A stretch of 63,499 nucleotides of DNA, the filler included, from Ministeria vibrans ATCC 50519 (lineage: Eukaryota > Protista > Filasterea): NCBI GenBank assembly GCA_943704425.1. It is 6 parts of 6 records of this genome, joined end to end, with 100 filler letters (N's around TTAATTAATTAA, not from the genome) between each part and the next. Parts side by side here need not be neighbours in the genome. Positions count along the whole stretch, not along the records: positions 46,985 to 49,246 come from CALSCP010000817.1; positions 49,347 to 62,312 come from CALSCP010001244.1; positions 62,413 to 63,499 come from CALSCP010001819.1; 3 more parts are not named here. The stretch is one strand, 5' to 3'. The translations under genes were made by a program, and so were the position numbers. Of the stretch, positions 48,552-63,499 are shown one piece after another; within the stretch, counting starts at the first letter, position 1; every line of letters starts with the position of its first letter. The notes under the pieces were generated by a model. The model worked only from the letters and a program-made list of their open reading frames with translations. It made no database searches and was not told the DNA's origin.

Positions 48552-49246
48552 CTGCACAACAGAATCAACACACGACGGATTAGCGCAAGACCCCCCGTGG
48601 AGCCGCTTAGGCTGCTCTGCCGCGGTCCCGCGACAGTGCCCACAATGCCATCGTCCGTATCGACGCGAGGCGGGCGGCATCTGCCACGACACTGAGGTTT
48701 GGGTCGCGACTTTACACCCTCATTAATTGAACACACACAAAAAATGGCAAAGATGTTGTTAGACGCGCCAAGGCAGACAGGGAGGCAGCGGCAATCGTCG
48801 GGAAACGGCGGAAACACACACGGAGCGCCATGTGCAACGATGGGCGCGGCCAGGGCGGCAGCGATGACGAGAGAGGGCCACAAAACAAAAGAGAAAGATC
48901 CGTACTGGCATTCTCCCCCAGTCAGTGTAAAGGCATGCACAAGGGGTACGGTAGACTGAGTACNNNNNNNNNNAAAAAAAAAAAAAAAAAAAAAGGCCCA
49001 AGGAGGCTCATAAGGGAAAAAGCAGGGGGCATCGAAGGACAAGGAAGCGCAGACGAGAAGTATTGGAAATGAGGGAGCGGCTTGACACCGACAGGGGGAC
49101 GTTTGAGTCGGCGGCAGAGGAGAGAAAACGCAAAGAAGAGTTCGAACTGGGCGAAAAGCGCCTTTTGATACTTGGTACACTGGTAGGAGAGACACTGTCA
49201 GTCGGTGGGGGGGGAGGGGGGGGGCGACCGCGACTGTGGCGATGCT

Positions 49247-49346
49247 NNNNNNNNNNNNNNNNNNNNNNNNNNNNNNNNNNNNNNNNNNNNTTAATTAATT
49301 AANNNNNNNNNNNNNNNNNNNNNNNNNNNNNNNNNNNNNNNNNNNN
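49247..49346. other. Artificial contig spacer
   Basis: N44-TTAATTAATTAA-N44. Confidence 0.98.
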
Positions 49347-49427
49347 AAAAAAAAAAAAAAAAAAAAAAAAGAGCCGTTGAGACACAAAGAAGGAAGTGGG
49401 TGAGAGAGGAGGGGGCAGGTGACGTAC

Positions 49428-49700
49428 AACAATGCGATAGTCGGAGGCGCCAGGCTTCACGCCGGTCTTGAGGGTGGCCGGAAAGACAAAGAGGGTGACG
49501 GCGCCATCTAAGAGCGGCAAGACGGCCTCTGCACACACACACGCAAGGAAAGAAGGGTCAGAGGAGAAAGGGACGCCGCTCCGTCCATAGCCGATCCTTA
49601 CCCAGTTGATCCGACGGGACGCGAGAATCCTACGGCACAAAAGGAAATCGACACAGAATGTTTACAGTGGCGCACACGAAAACGCGACAAACCGTACCAT
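49428..49700 (-). CDS. Hypothetical protein, 5' exons only (M|DSRVPSDQL|EAVLPLLDGAVTLFVFPATLKTGVKPGASDYRIV)
   Basis: ATG followed directly by a GT donor; three phase-consistent exons with canonical sites; truncated by contig end; no recognisable motif. Confidence 0.5.
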
Positions 49701-50082
49701 GTTGCACGCTGCAAGCTGAAGAACTTTCCAGTGAGTGCTCACTCCTGTTCAATTCGAACGTGGGCACAGAAGGACGAATGTACGAGGGGGCGCGGAGACA
49801 AGAAATATAATGAGTAAAGAAGAAGTCATAATTATTATTATTATTATTATTATTAATACTCTGAGTAGTTTAATATTATGATGTACATTGTCGATCGAAA
49901 GAGTGCCTATAAATGTACTCATTACTCAATGAGTAATGACCAATGGAGATCGATGTGCTGGATTAATTGGTATTCCTTAAGCATGCATAATTGTATTTGA
50001 CTCATATAAACAACTTCTACACAGAAGCATTCGCTCTCTCTATCTCCCTCTCCTCTCCTTATGTCGTACTTGTCGCGCGCTG

Positions 50083-51260
50083 TTACCAGTCACAGTAGGA
50101 TATGTCGGGCTTGCACGACGGCTGCTCGATCGTCTTGTATTCGCCACTGTACTTATTGGTGACCTTTTGCATTTCGTAGATCATGCGATTCCAGTTGGAC
50201 GCATGCGTTGAGACTGCGTGGGAGCACAGCGCCGCAAGAAACAGATTGACAAACGAATGGTGAACGTCTTCGTCTACAATATGAGCGGAAATGGGGATGA
50301 GACAAGGTTGCACATGGGGGGTGGGGGGTATTCGGGTGTTACCGGTGAGTACAATTCGATTTTGACGCGGAACCCAGTTGGTGTAGACGATGTTGAAGTC
50401 GGTGACAGATTTGCTCGTCTCAATGACTTTCGGGTCCTCTGTCGATAGAAATATGGTTGTCGCTTCCGGATGCTTCGCTTTGATTTCGCGCGCCAGAACA
50501 AGGTACTGTGTGAACCCCTGGAGCAACATCTCCGCTCCCTAGACAAAATGCGAATGAGGAGTGCATGTGAGCTCCGCGTGCGGCAAAGCGTGGATACCTT
50601 GTCGCCGTGGCGCACGTGTATGCTGATGGCGCCTGCTGGCATCTCGCCCGTCTCGGGGAACATGCGGCGCAACTCCGACTTGACCTTTTCGACAATGTGG
50701 CACGATGGACGACGCAGTGTGTACCGCAGCGCCTACAAATTCAAGACGTTAATACATTCGCGTGCTACGCACACCGTAGCCGTTTTATACCTGTGCCTTC
50801 CACCAGGTCGCATTGAACTGGTCTGTGAAGTAGGGCTCGGGCGAGTGCTTGTTGGTCCACTCGTACTTGCGCATCGCCGCAACCATCCCCCCAAACCCCG
50901 TCACAAGCATCACCCGCACGTCGTTGTTCAGTTCCGACGCACGCGTATTAAAAGTACTACTACCACCAGCAGCAGCAGCATCATCATCAGAATGCAAGGC
51001 GTGCGTGGGAAGTACCGCTTACCCAAGATCGGCCTCCGTGCACGAAGTGATGGGGGACGCCCAGCAGTCGAGGCCGAGCGACGGACGACACATGGCCGAG
51101 CGCAAATTGTGCTTCCAGTGCGGTCTCACATACAAAACTCGCTTCAGGTGCATTGCAAGTGCTACATAACAATCATTACAAATTTAAAATTATTATTATT
51201 ATTATTATTGTTTTGTTATTATTATAATTATTATTGAGTACAGCTCTCGATTCTCTATTA

Positions 51261-51297
<37 letters not shown>

Positions 51298-51316
51298 GTT
51301 ATTATTATTGTTATTA

Positions 51317-51376
<60 letters not shown>

Positions 51377-51415
51377 TTATTATTATTATTATTGTTATTA
51401 TTATTGTTATTATTA

Positions 51416-51475
<60 letters not shown>

Positions 51476-52333
51476 TTATTATTCTTATTATTATTATTAT
51501 AATTCAGCACTACGCAACCATCGAGAAAGACATAGAAACGTACAGAGAGCCCATCCCATGGTGTGGAGGTCGCTGCCTATGCCTGCGCCAATCAGGTTCC
51601 ACACTAAAAACTTGGTGTTGGGGTCTTTGCAGTTTGCTGGGTGTTGATGTCGGTGAATGAGAATTTGTGCCTGCAAAAAATGCATGTGAATAATATTCTT
51701 TGTTTTCGTGTCAGGCGAAGGTTTCGGACCGCGTCGGAGCCCGGATGGTTGTCTGAGCCAAACATGTACGGCTTCACCGCAGGATCGGGTTCGACCTGGC
51801 TCTCTTCAGGGTGATTGTTGTCGTAGCAGCCCCAGCGATCGAACAGGTCGGCGGTGGAGGAAGAGCCAGGGTGTGAGGTGGAGGTCGAGGCGACCGTCTC
51901 GGGCACCGTTGGCGAGACTGGCTCTTGGACAGCGACAGCGGCAGTGTCCTCGTCCGCTGATGGCACGGGTTGGGCAGGAGGGGGTGCCACGACAACCTTG
52001 TCAATCGCAACGAGCGATTTTGCTTCGGCGCTCTCAGTGAGCGTATGGTTCTACACAACACAAACAGAGTCGCAACGGGCGGGTGAGCGGGTGTCTCAGT
52101 CGTGCGAATCCCTCACCTCGTTCCAAAGCGAAGGACCAAATGCAGCTGGGACACGGAGATGAACAGATCGTGATGCAGACACAGACAGTCAGACAGACAA
52201 TCATACAGACAGACAGAGACAGACAGACAGACGCAAACACACGGTTGGCCCATTTTCTCTTACCAAAGAGCGCCAGAACCATTGCGACAAGCCCGATAAT
52301 GACGAGAGGGTGGCGGTAGAGAGGATGCGACAT
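50083..52333 (-). CDS. Alpha-1,6-fucosyltransferase-like (GT23, FUT8/NodZ family), type II membrane protein, multi-exon
   Basis: N-terminal TM and stem, HQHPANC..KFLVW..GAGIGSDLH, motif I ISIHVRHGDK, motif II IFLSTEDP, motif III NLFLAALCSHAVSTHASNWNRMIYEM. Confidence 0.82.
51188..51500. repeat. Long (TAT)n/(TGT) intronic microsatellite
   Basis: Read directly; lies in the GT23 intron at about 51163-51541. Confidence 0.97.
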
Positions 52334-52571
52334 TATCAAGAACACGGTTCTCTAATACGGCGTGAAGTAAACGCGCCGTGTCAGGACCCAGTGTCATCGG
52401 CAGACAATTTACGTACCTTTGAGCAATAGGGAGATACAAAACAATTAACAATAATCAATGATCATTATCTGACAAGTCAGTGAAGTTTGGTTCTCAAGTT
52501 CGCTGCACGCATTTCCTATTGGCCATTACCTAATCGCTTCACTCAGTTCACTGCTTTCAGTTGTGTACCCC

Positions 52572-53965
52572 ATGCAAGAAGTCGACGTACCGCGCATTGG
52601 CGCCACCGACGACAGCCACGAGGGCGAATCGGCGGAGCCCGTCAAGGTGTACTGTGCTCGCAATGGCTCGTGCATGGTCTGGGATGCTCCCTCCGCACAC
52701 ACGCTTCGAACACGCCACCGCATTTGCGGATCCCTCATTGGCTGCTTTCCTCGTCACACTATGCAGAACCAGGTGAGTGGGCTCTTCTTGTCTCTGCACA
52801 TTTCTCATCCAGCCGTTTTTTTTTTTCCGTTCATTTTCAGGTTTTATCTCTCCCACTTACACTGCTCCCCGAAGAGGTGTCGGTCTTGCTCAAGATAGGT
52901 GCAACATTGATTCCGTGCCCACTTATCGTATTGCAGCAGAAGACGACGCGCTGCTGACGATGCTTCTTGCTGCGTAGGGGCCGTCACGCTCATCGCCGAC
53001 AACGTTGAGCGCTATGTCAAGCCGACGATTCTCGATGTCGCCGGCGTTGAGGGAGACCGTGTTCGCGATGAGGCCGCTCAATTGAAGGCGCTTCGCGAGG
53101 GGCGCGAACAACGCAGTGCCGAGTTTCGTGCGGCAGCGTTGGCCAAGCAAGCGCAAGAGACAGCCAATGCCACAGCGACTAGCACTACAGCCACGACAAC
53201 TACTCATGCGAGCGCTACAACAATTATCTCGGACGAAACAAAGCTTGCGTCGGCGTCTTTGGGAACGAAGCGAAAGGCAACCGACTCGGTGGTGGAGGAC
53301 GACACGACGGCGTCCAACAAGCGACCCCTACTCAATCCGTCGTCGCCCACAGCGGCTCGTGTTGCCGCCGCCATATCTGCCATCCTCCCCGCTACCGATG
53401 CCATGGACTCTCCCGAGCCATCCACTCGTCTTGCTGCGTCCGTAGCATCCGCCCAAAACCACGCGCGGGAAGTCGAGCGGCGCCAACACGACGAAACAAA
53501 GCTCTACAATTCGTTGCGTGTCGCCCTGCATCGTACTCCATACGCATGCCAGGTGGTATCCCCAGGCGATAGCGCAGCCAGCCAGCTTCAATGGACCTAC
53601 CCGCACAACGAGTACGACCGTCTGCGCACTCGTGTCTTTACGGACCTGTGGGAGCGCGGCTACCACGTCACGTCCGGCAGCAAATTTGGCGGTGACTATC
53701 TGGCGTATCCCGGCTCGCCCTTCCGCTACCACGCCCACTACGTCGTCATTATTGTGCCTCTCGACAAGCAGCTCTCGCCTCTTGACATTGTCTCGTGGGG
53801 AAGGTACGACATCCACACACTCACATAGATATTCGTCCAACGTGCTCACTCTGCTCACTTGCGCTTAGACTCGGCACAACTGTCAAGAAGGCTCCTCTCG
53901 TGTGCTCCGTCGACCAAGACGACCGCATTGTATACCTTTCTATCGAGTGGACCGGCGCAAACTGA
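52572..53965 (+). CDS. TSEN34: tRNA-splicing endonuclease catalytic subunit Sen34, 4 exons
   Basis: LRTRHRICGSLIG..PR..QN|..LPLTLLPEEV; VFTDLWERGYHVTSGSKFGGDYLAYPGSPFRYHAHY; GR|LGTTVKK. Y-H-K catalytic triad intact. Confidence 0.93.
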
Positions 53966-54122
53966 CCCCCTCGACTTGTTAATACGTCTTATTATTATTG
54001 TTTTTGTATTGGTTGGGGTTTGTTTGGTTTTCATTCGTTTTTGTTTGAAGAATGTACAACAACAAAAGAAAAAAAGAAGAAAAAAATCAAGCGAATTCCG
54101 TTGAAAAGAATTGTGGGAATTA

Positions 54123-57100
54123 CTACGAAATGTACACAAAGCCATCGTCATTCTCAAGAAAGTCGTCAAGCTCAACAGTGTCATTGTCGGTGAGACGGGC
54201 GTAGGCACTCGAAGAGGAGGCGGACGCATGGCGGGTCCAGGGCAGCCAGGCGCGCACACGCGCCGCCCACGACGACGACGACGACGAGGAGGAGGAGGCG
54301 GAGGAGGAGAAGGGCGAGTAAAACGAGGTAAAGCCGTTCGATCCAAAGTCATCAAGAGAGGGTTTGCGGTAGCGCTTGAGCATGAGCGAGCTAAGCACGA
54401 CCGAGACTGACGAAAAAGCCATGGCAGCCGACGCATAGACCGGCTGCATGACAATGCCGAAAGGCGCAAGCACACCCATGGCAATGGGAATGCCCACAAT
54501 ATTGTACACAAGCGCCCAGCCAAAGTTGATGCGAATGCGACGCATTGTCACACGCGACAAATCAATGGCCGCAATCACGTCATCGAGCGACGAGTGCATC
54601 AGTACGATGCTGGCCGCCTCCACCGCCACATCCATGCCCGAGCTCAGTGCAATGCCCACATCCGCCTGCGCCAGCGCCGGCGAATCGTTCACTCCGTCAC
54701 CCACCATAGCCACACACGCCCCCGTCGCTTGCAGGTCGCGCACACACTTGGCTTTGCCGCCTGGAAGGACCTCCGCCATAATGTATCGCTCGTCAATGCC
54801 ACACTCGCGACCAATAGACACGGCCGTCGTACGATTGTCACCCGTCAGCATGTACACGTCAACACCGTGCATGCGTAAGGCACTCACTGCACGACGCGCC
54901 TCGGCCTTGGGGCGGTCAATCAGCGTCGCAAGCGCTGCCAGCGAGCCGTCGACGGCCACGAGAATGCACGTGTGGCAACTCTTTTCGTACTCGATCTTGC
55001 GTCGACGGACGTCCAACGGCAACGTCCACGACGCGTCGCCCGTCTGCTCGCGTAGCGTCTCCTCAACCAGACCCACATTGCCGATGACGATCTGACGACC
55101 GCTCACAACACTGCGCACACCTCGTCCATGCAACGTCTCGAAGTGCTCAGTCCCGTCGATGGCCGACGACGAGTCGTGTGCTGCCAGTTGTGCTAGGGCA
55201 TAGTCGCGCAAAGCCGTACCAATAACGTGCTGGCTGTTGGCCTCGGCGGCCAGCACAAGACGAAGAAGGCGCAGTGTGTGTGCACGCTCATCGTTGGCGT
55301 CCGCCCAGCGCTCGTCGCCCACCAGCTCGAAATGACGCACTTCTTGCTTGCCCTCGGTGAGCGTACCCGTCTTGTCGAATATGCATGTGGACACGCGGTG
55401 GGCCGCCTCGAGGGGCTCGCCTCCCTTGATTAGAATGCCCATGGATGCACCAACTCCTGTTGAGACCATAATGGCCGTTGGCGTTGCGAGGCCAAGGGAA
55501 CAAGGACAGGCAATGACCACAACGGAAATGGCGAATACCAAAGCGCGGCCGAGTGCAGACGAACCCTCGGGAACTGTCGCGTTGCCCCATTTTAACAAAG
55601 CAAACCACACAATAAAAGTGAGCAGGGCAAGAGTAATGATGACGGGGACAAACCAGCCGGAGAGACGATCAGCAATGCGCTGAATGGGTGCCTTGCTTGT
55701 CTGAGCATCCTCAATGAGTCGCGTGATTTGCGCCAGTGTGGTGTCACTGCCGACACGAGTCGCACGCATTATTACCGCACCACCGTGCACCACCGTGCCG
55801 CCAATAAGAGGATCTTGATCACTTTTGAGGATGGGCATGCTCTCGCCGGTGATGAGCGACTGGTCGACAGTCGCTTCGCCGCTGTACACCGTGCCGTCAC
55901 AGGGTACTCGTGAGCCACTGGTGATGCGCAACAAATCACCGCGTTGCAACAACGACACGTCGACCTGTCGTTCGCTTGCTACACGCAATGAGGCCTTGTG
56001 CACGTCTTCACCATCACCTTTACGCCCACCAGTTGCACCGCCAACAGCAACAGTAGCATTGGCATCAGAAACACTCTCCATTTCGACAAGGGTCGCTTCC
56101 TTGACTTGCAAGGAGACGAGTTTGGCAAGGGCCGCAGAGGTTCGTCCCTTGGCAAGCGTCTCAAGCATACGGCCAAGGCACACAAAGGTAAACAACATGG
56201 GTGCAGCGGTGAAAAAGGTCTCGGGGTTTGTCAGGGAGCGCTCGACCACGGCAATGACGAGCGCCAGTAGCGAGTAGATGTAGGCGCACGAAGTGCCAAC
56301 GACAATGAGCACATCCATGTTGGCGGCGCCGTGGCGCAGGGCAGCAAATGCATTGCGATAGAAGCGACGGCCAATCCAAAATTGAACGGGGGTGCTGAGG
56401 AGAAATGAAATCAAATTGAGCCAAGAGAGACCAGGCAAGGGTTGGCTCTGGAGCGCATTGTTGGTTGCAGGAACGCGCACTAGCACGAGGGTCATGAGAA
56501 GACCCGGCAGGGCAAAGAGAAGACACCACATAAGTCTTTGTCGCCACTCTTTCCACTCGCGCGTGTGGCTCAGCGTCTCAATATCCACACCGCCCGTGGC
56601 GAGCTCCGCCGTGAAACCCGCGTCGGTAATGACCGAGCAAATATCGCGAATTCCCGTCTTGTCGGCATCATACGCAATGCGGGCGCGTCGTGTCGCCAGG
56701 CTCACGCTCGCACCAACAATGCCGTCGCGACGCAACAGCGACTGCTCAATGAGATGAACACACGATGAGCACGTCATGCCGCCAATGGTGATTTCACACT
56801 GTCCCGACGGACCCACAACAGCCGAGTCGTTGTTGGCAATAGAGCCGTCGGCAACGGCAACGCTCCCTTGCCATGCAATGGTCGCGTCAAAGCCCATCTC
56901 GTTGACGGCATCGACAATGTCCTCAGCCGAGACGACACGCGGACGAAAGACAACATCAGCGCGCTCGCTCAGCAGCGCCACTGCAGCACTCTCAACACCT
57001 GCAGTGCGCAGCAAACCCGACTCAATCGTGCTAACACAACTCGAACAGACCATGCCGTGCACTGTGAGCTGCACTTTGTCAAGAGCCAGACGTTCCACGG

Positions 57101-58106
57101 GCAACCGTTTGTCGAAGACGGTACACTTGGACACAATAGGTTCGGCGAAACGAACGCCTTTGGCTCGCGGCGAGCCTACGGGCACATTGGAAGCCATAAA
57201 GGTCGCATCAAATCCCGCGTCGTCAATAGCCTCGCGGACTTCGTCGCGGCTAATAACGGATGTGTCGTGCTGAACGATGGCAAGCTTGCGCTCAAGCGAG
57301 ACAGTCGCTGAGAGCACACCGGCTCGGGCACCGAGGGCAAACTCGATAGACTTGACGCACGACTGGCACGTCATGCCTTCGACGTGAAACTCGGTCGTGA
57401 TGGTGGTGGCGGCGGCGGCGGTAGTGGCGGCGGTGGTGGTGGTGGTGGTGGTGGTGGTGGTGGTGGTGGTGGTCGTCGTTGCTGCTGCTGGTGCGGCTGC
57501 TGCTGATGTGTTGGTGGTTGGTGTGGGTGCAGGAGACGTCGTAGAAGATGTAGAAAGGCTGTTGGTTGTGCCGTGAGACAGAGCGGCAACCTCGGAGACG
57601 ACGGGAAGAACAAGGGAGGAATCGAATCCGGCGTCTTCGACAATGTCGCGAACAGTGGAGGCGGTTGAGAGGGACGCGTCATCGACTGCGAAAACCCCAA
57701 ATGAAAGTGCAAGGGAAACGAGCGCTGCCGAGACGTGTGGCGACGCTACTGTCACTTGCTCGATACAGTGAACACACGATTGGCATGTCATGCCGGTGAT
57801 GGCAAGAGCCACAACGTGCATCGTTGGAGGTGGCGGCGGCAGCGAGTGCGACAGTGCGGGCAGTTCACACTTGCTGTAGCGAGCGCCGGCGAACCGGGCA
57901 ACAAGGCGCTCGGCAACAAGGACGGCACTGTCCGAAGCAAGGGTCTGGGTTGTTCGCGCCGTGCTGACGATGCCAGCGACCATAGTGAATTTGTCCGTTG
58001 GCAATCGAACGAAATCGCCGCTTTCGCCATTTTCCCTTTCCACCACAGCCCGCACTCGCTCTACGGTCTCAAGTGGAACAATGACCAAACAATGCGCTGT
58101 CGGCAT
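54123..58106 (-). CDS. ATP7: Copper-transporting P1B-type ATPase (ATP7A/B-like), intronless, 1327 aa
   Basis: Four HMA GMxCxxC motifs, TGES, CPC, DKTGTLT, TGDN, GDGVND, YN and MAFSS Cu(I) signatures. Confidence 0.96.
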   Translation of the reverse strand: MPTAHCLVIVPLETVERVRAVVERENGESGDFVRLPTDKFTMVAGIVSTARTTQTLASDSAVLVAERLVARFAGARYSKCELPALSHSLPPPPPTMHVVALAITGMTCQSCVHCIEQVTVASPHVSAALVSLALSFGVFAVDDASLSTASTVRDIVEDAGFDSSLVLPVVSEVAALSHGTTNSLSTSSTTSPAPTPTTNTSAAAAPAAATTTTTTTTTTTTTTTTAATTAAAATTITTEFHVEGMTCQSCVKSIEFALGARAGVLSATVSLERKLAIVQHDTSVISRDEVREAIDDAGFDATFMASNVPVGSPRAKGVRFAEPIVSKCTVFDKRLPVERLALDKVQLTVHGMVCSSCVSTIESGLLRTAGVESAAVALLSERADVVFRPRVVSAEDIVDAVNEMGFDATIAWQGSVAVADGSIANNDSAVVGPSGQCEITIGGMTCSSCVHLIEQSLLRRDGIVGASVSLATRRARIAYDADKTGIRDICSVITDAGFTAELATGGVDIETLSHTREWKEWRQRLMWCLLFALPGLLMTLVLVRVPATNNALQSQPLPGLSWLNLISFLLSTPVQFWIGRRFYRNAFAALRHGAANMDVLIVVGTSCAYIYSLLALVIAVVERSLTNPETFFTAAPMLFTFVCLGRMLETLAKGRTSAALAKLVSLQVKEATLVEMESVSDANATVAVGGATGGRKGDGEDVHKASLRVASERQVDVSLLQRGDLLRITSGSRVPCDGTVYSGEATVDQSLITGESMPILKSDQDPLIGGTVVHGGAVIMRATRVGSDTTLAQITRLIEDAQTSKAPIQRIADRLSGWFVPVIITLALLTFIVWFALLKWGNATVPEGSSALGRALVFAISVVVIACPCSLGLATPTAIMVSTGVGASMGILIKGGEPLEAAHRVSTCIFDKTGTLTEGKQEVRHFELVGDERWADANDERAHTLRLLRLVLAAEANSQHVIGTALRDYALAQLAAHDSSSAIDGTEHFETLHGRGVRSVVSGRQIVIGNVGLVEETLREQTGDASWTLPLDVRRRKIEYEKSCHTCILVAVDGSLAALATLIDRPKAEARRAVSALRMHGVDVYMLTGDNRTTAVSIGRECGIDERYIMAEVLPGGKAKCVRDLQATGACVAMVGDGVNDSPALAQADVGIALSSGMDVAVEAASIVLMHSSLDDVIAAIDLSRVTMRRIRINFGWALVYNIVGIPIAMGVLAPFGIVMQPVYASAAMAFSSVSVVLSSLMLKRYRKPSLDDFGSNGFTSFYSPFSSSASSSSSSSSSWAARVRAWLPWTRHASASSSSAYARLTDNDTVELDDFLENDDGFVYIS

Positions 58107-58727
58107 CGTAAAGAAATGAGAAATTGTTGATCTGAATTCTTATCAGTTCTTACTTTTATTTTTGTGTCGATTCTTTTGTAATACTTTTATACTTATGAGC
58201 ATTGAGCATTGAGCGATGACTGATGAGTCAAGACTTAATAGACTTTAGAGTTTAGACTTATGAGTTATGCGGCATATGCCAGTCTATTGCCTATTCATTC
58301 TCCGATATAGGATCTCTAGGAAATTTCCCAATAGTTTGAGATGGGAAAAGATGTAGATAACGCCAGTTTCCTTTTTTGTCCTCTGAATTATTATGAGCTG
58401 CAGTCCAGAAGAGAATGAATTCAGAGTGACTCCCAAGTCCAGAGTGTTGAGTGTTTAGTGTCGACTGTCGAGTGTCGACTGTCGAGTGACCTGTGGGCTG
58501 TGAGTCTGTCACTGACTGACTCAAATGCGGTGTATCACAAAAGGAAAGAAAGATCCCAAGTAAATAAAATTATTACCTGCATCCATTTTTTTTTCTCTTC
58601 GTGTTCTGTCGAATAGCTCTAGTTTTGCACAGTGTGTGTAACGGTCATTAGCACTCATAGCAGGCTCTCAAGTCCCCAACTCTCTCAAGTTTCGCGAGAG
58701 TCTCTCCTCCTTTTACTTTCACTTTCA
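58107..58727. promoter_or_regulatory. Divergent intergenic region (ATP7/MARK) with degenerate 7-bp tandem arrays
   Basis: Head-to-head start codons. TGAGCAT/TGAGTCA/AGACTTA array at about 58196-58275 and AGTGTCG/ACTGTCG array at about 58441-58525. Confidence 0.5.
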
Positions 58728-62189
<3,462 letters not shown>

Positions 62190-62215
62190 TTTGAAGAAGA
62201 GTATGTGTGTGTGTG

Positions 62216-62218
<3 letters not shown>

Positions 62219-62312
<94 letters not shown>

Positions 62313-62412
62313 NNNNNNNNNNNNNNNNNNNNNNNNNNNNNNNNNNNNNNNNNNNNTTAATTAATTAANNNNNNNNNNNNNNNNNNNNNNNNNNNNNNNN
62401 NNNNNNNNNNNN

Positions 62413-62466
<54 letters not shown>
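62219..62466. other. (GA)n contig ends flanking artificial spacer 62313-62412
   Basis: Microsatellites on both sides of N44-TTAATTAATTAA-N44. Confidence 0.95.
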
Positions 62467-62473
<7 letters not shown>

Positions 62474-62552
62474 AGAAAGAGGGAGAAAAACAGGCACAGA
62501 GGGGGAAACTGCGACTGTCACTCACACTTTGCCGCCTGCTCATGTCGTCTAG

Positions 62553-63296
62553 GTCATGCCCGTTGCTCGATCGCGTCTACAGCTCATTGGCGTCACAGCT
62601 ATTCTACTCGCGTCTAAATATGAAGAGATCTACAATGTCGCCATCTGTGATTTGTCATATATTACCGATCATACGTACAATTGCGACGAAATTCGCGCAA
62701 TGGAGGTAAGAGCAATTAAAAAAGATTGGGCCACACTCACGTACTGTTTTTGTAGGAAAAAATGCTGCACACACTCAACTTTGACTTTGCGCCCCCACTT
62801 CCTGTGCACTTTCTGCGTCGCTACTCAAAGGTACATACATACATACACACACACACAAACACACACATAGAGAGAGAGAGAGTCTACATTGGAAAGGTGG
62901 TGTACTGACACAGTGAGTGGACTGTGCTTTAGGCTGCGGGAGCAAGTTCAGTGACGCACACAGTGGCCAAGTTTGTCATGGAGCTTACTCTGCTTTCCGT
63001 TGACATGCTTGATTTCCTTCCCTCAGAGGTACTCCTTTGTGCTTTTTTGTTTAGCGAGGCTCACTCTGATGTCCCATTTTATCTCTGTGCAGATTGGAGC
63101 GAGTGCACTGTGGATTGCGCTGCAGCTGTTGCGTCTTGAGCTGTGGGACCCCACTGAATGCGAAGAGGCCATTTACGCCACATCGTCGCATGAGCGCTCG
63201 TTGGGCTGGCCCCCGCACATGCAGCACTACTCTCAGTGCCTTACCGCCCAGCGCATCTTTCCCTGTGCTGGCGCAATGCTCCGTCTCCTCAACAAA
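62553..63296 (+). CDS. CCNB: B-type cyclin, internal exons only
   Basis: LQLIGVTAILLASKYEEIY..YITDHTY..EIRAME|..LNFDFAPPLPVHFLRRYSK|A....HTVAKFVMEL; FLRRxSK is the cyclin B signature. Confidence 0.9.
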
Positions 63297-63350
63297 GTAC
63301 TTCACTTTACGCACTCTTCTTGTGTTTGAATTCGTGGTACTGACTCTTGC

Positions 63351-63437
63351 CTTTCTCTCTGTCTCTATCACTTTGTTTCTCTTTATTTCTCTTTGTATCA
63401 CTTTGTTTCTCTCTATCACTTTGTTTCTCTCTCCCCC

Positions 63438-63499
<62 letters not shown>
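63351..63499. repeat. Intronic minisatellite, 3 x TATCACTTTGTTTC (reverse complement of the recurring unit), running into (CT)n
   Basis: Units at about 63366, 63396 and 63414. Confidence 0.9.

Noticed and set aside
48974-49246. Possible first exon of AP1M1
   Set aside because: No match to the mu-1 N-terminus; the missing exons probably lie in the N gap at 48964-48973 or beyond the contig end.
51205-51647. Poly-Asn, poly-Tyr and poly-Leu ORFs
   Set aside because: Translations of an intronic (TAT)n microsatellite.

Overview
Gene-dense eukaryotic DNA with GC-rich exons and short GT-AG introns full of (AG)n, (GT)n and (TAT)n. Gene content suggests a unicellular relative of animals (inference). 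The window is six contigs joined by artificial 100-bp N44-TTAATTAATTAA-N44 spacers, so adjacency across spacers is not biological. Contig 1: LIM protein, BRE1, RPP21, a Helitron2/Helentron-like element with a PIF1 helicase, a transmembrane FG-nucleoporin with POM121-like architecture, RNF14, a CSAD-type decarboxylase, an arylsulfatase and a TXNDC16-like protein. Contig 2: a complete ~6,939-aa ryanodine receptor. Later contigs: SART1, a partial secreted sialidase, partial AP-1 mu, a FUT8-like GT23, TSEN34, an ATP7 Cu-ATPase, a MARK/Par-1 kinase and partial cyclin B. Most notable: the giant RyR with IP3R-like pore and linker residues, the POM121-like nucleoporin, the Helitron2-type ends, a perfect 63-bp intronic inverted repeat with a template-switch signature, and a dispersed intronic AAACAAAGTGATAG minisatellite. 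Splice sites were called by hand; homologies rest on recalled motifs, not searches.
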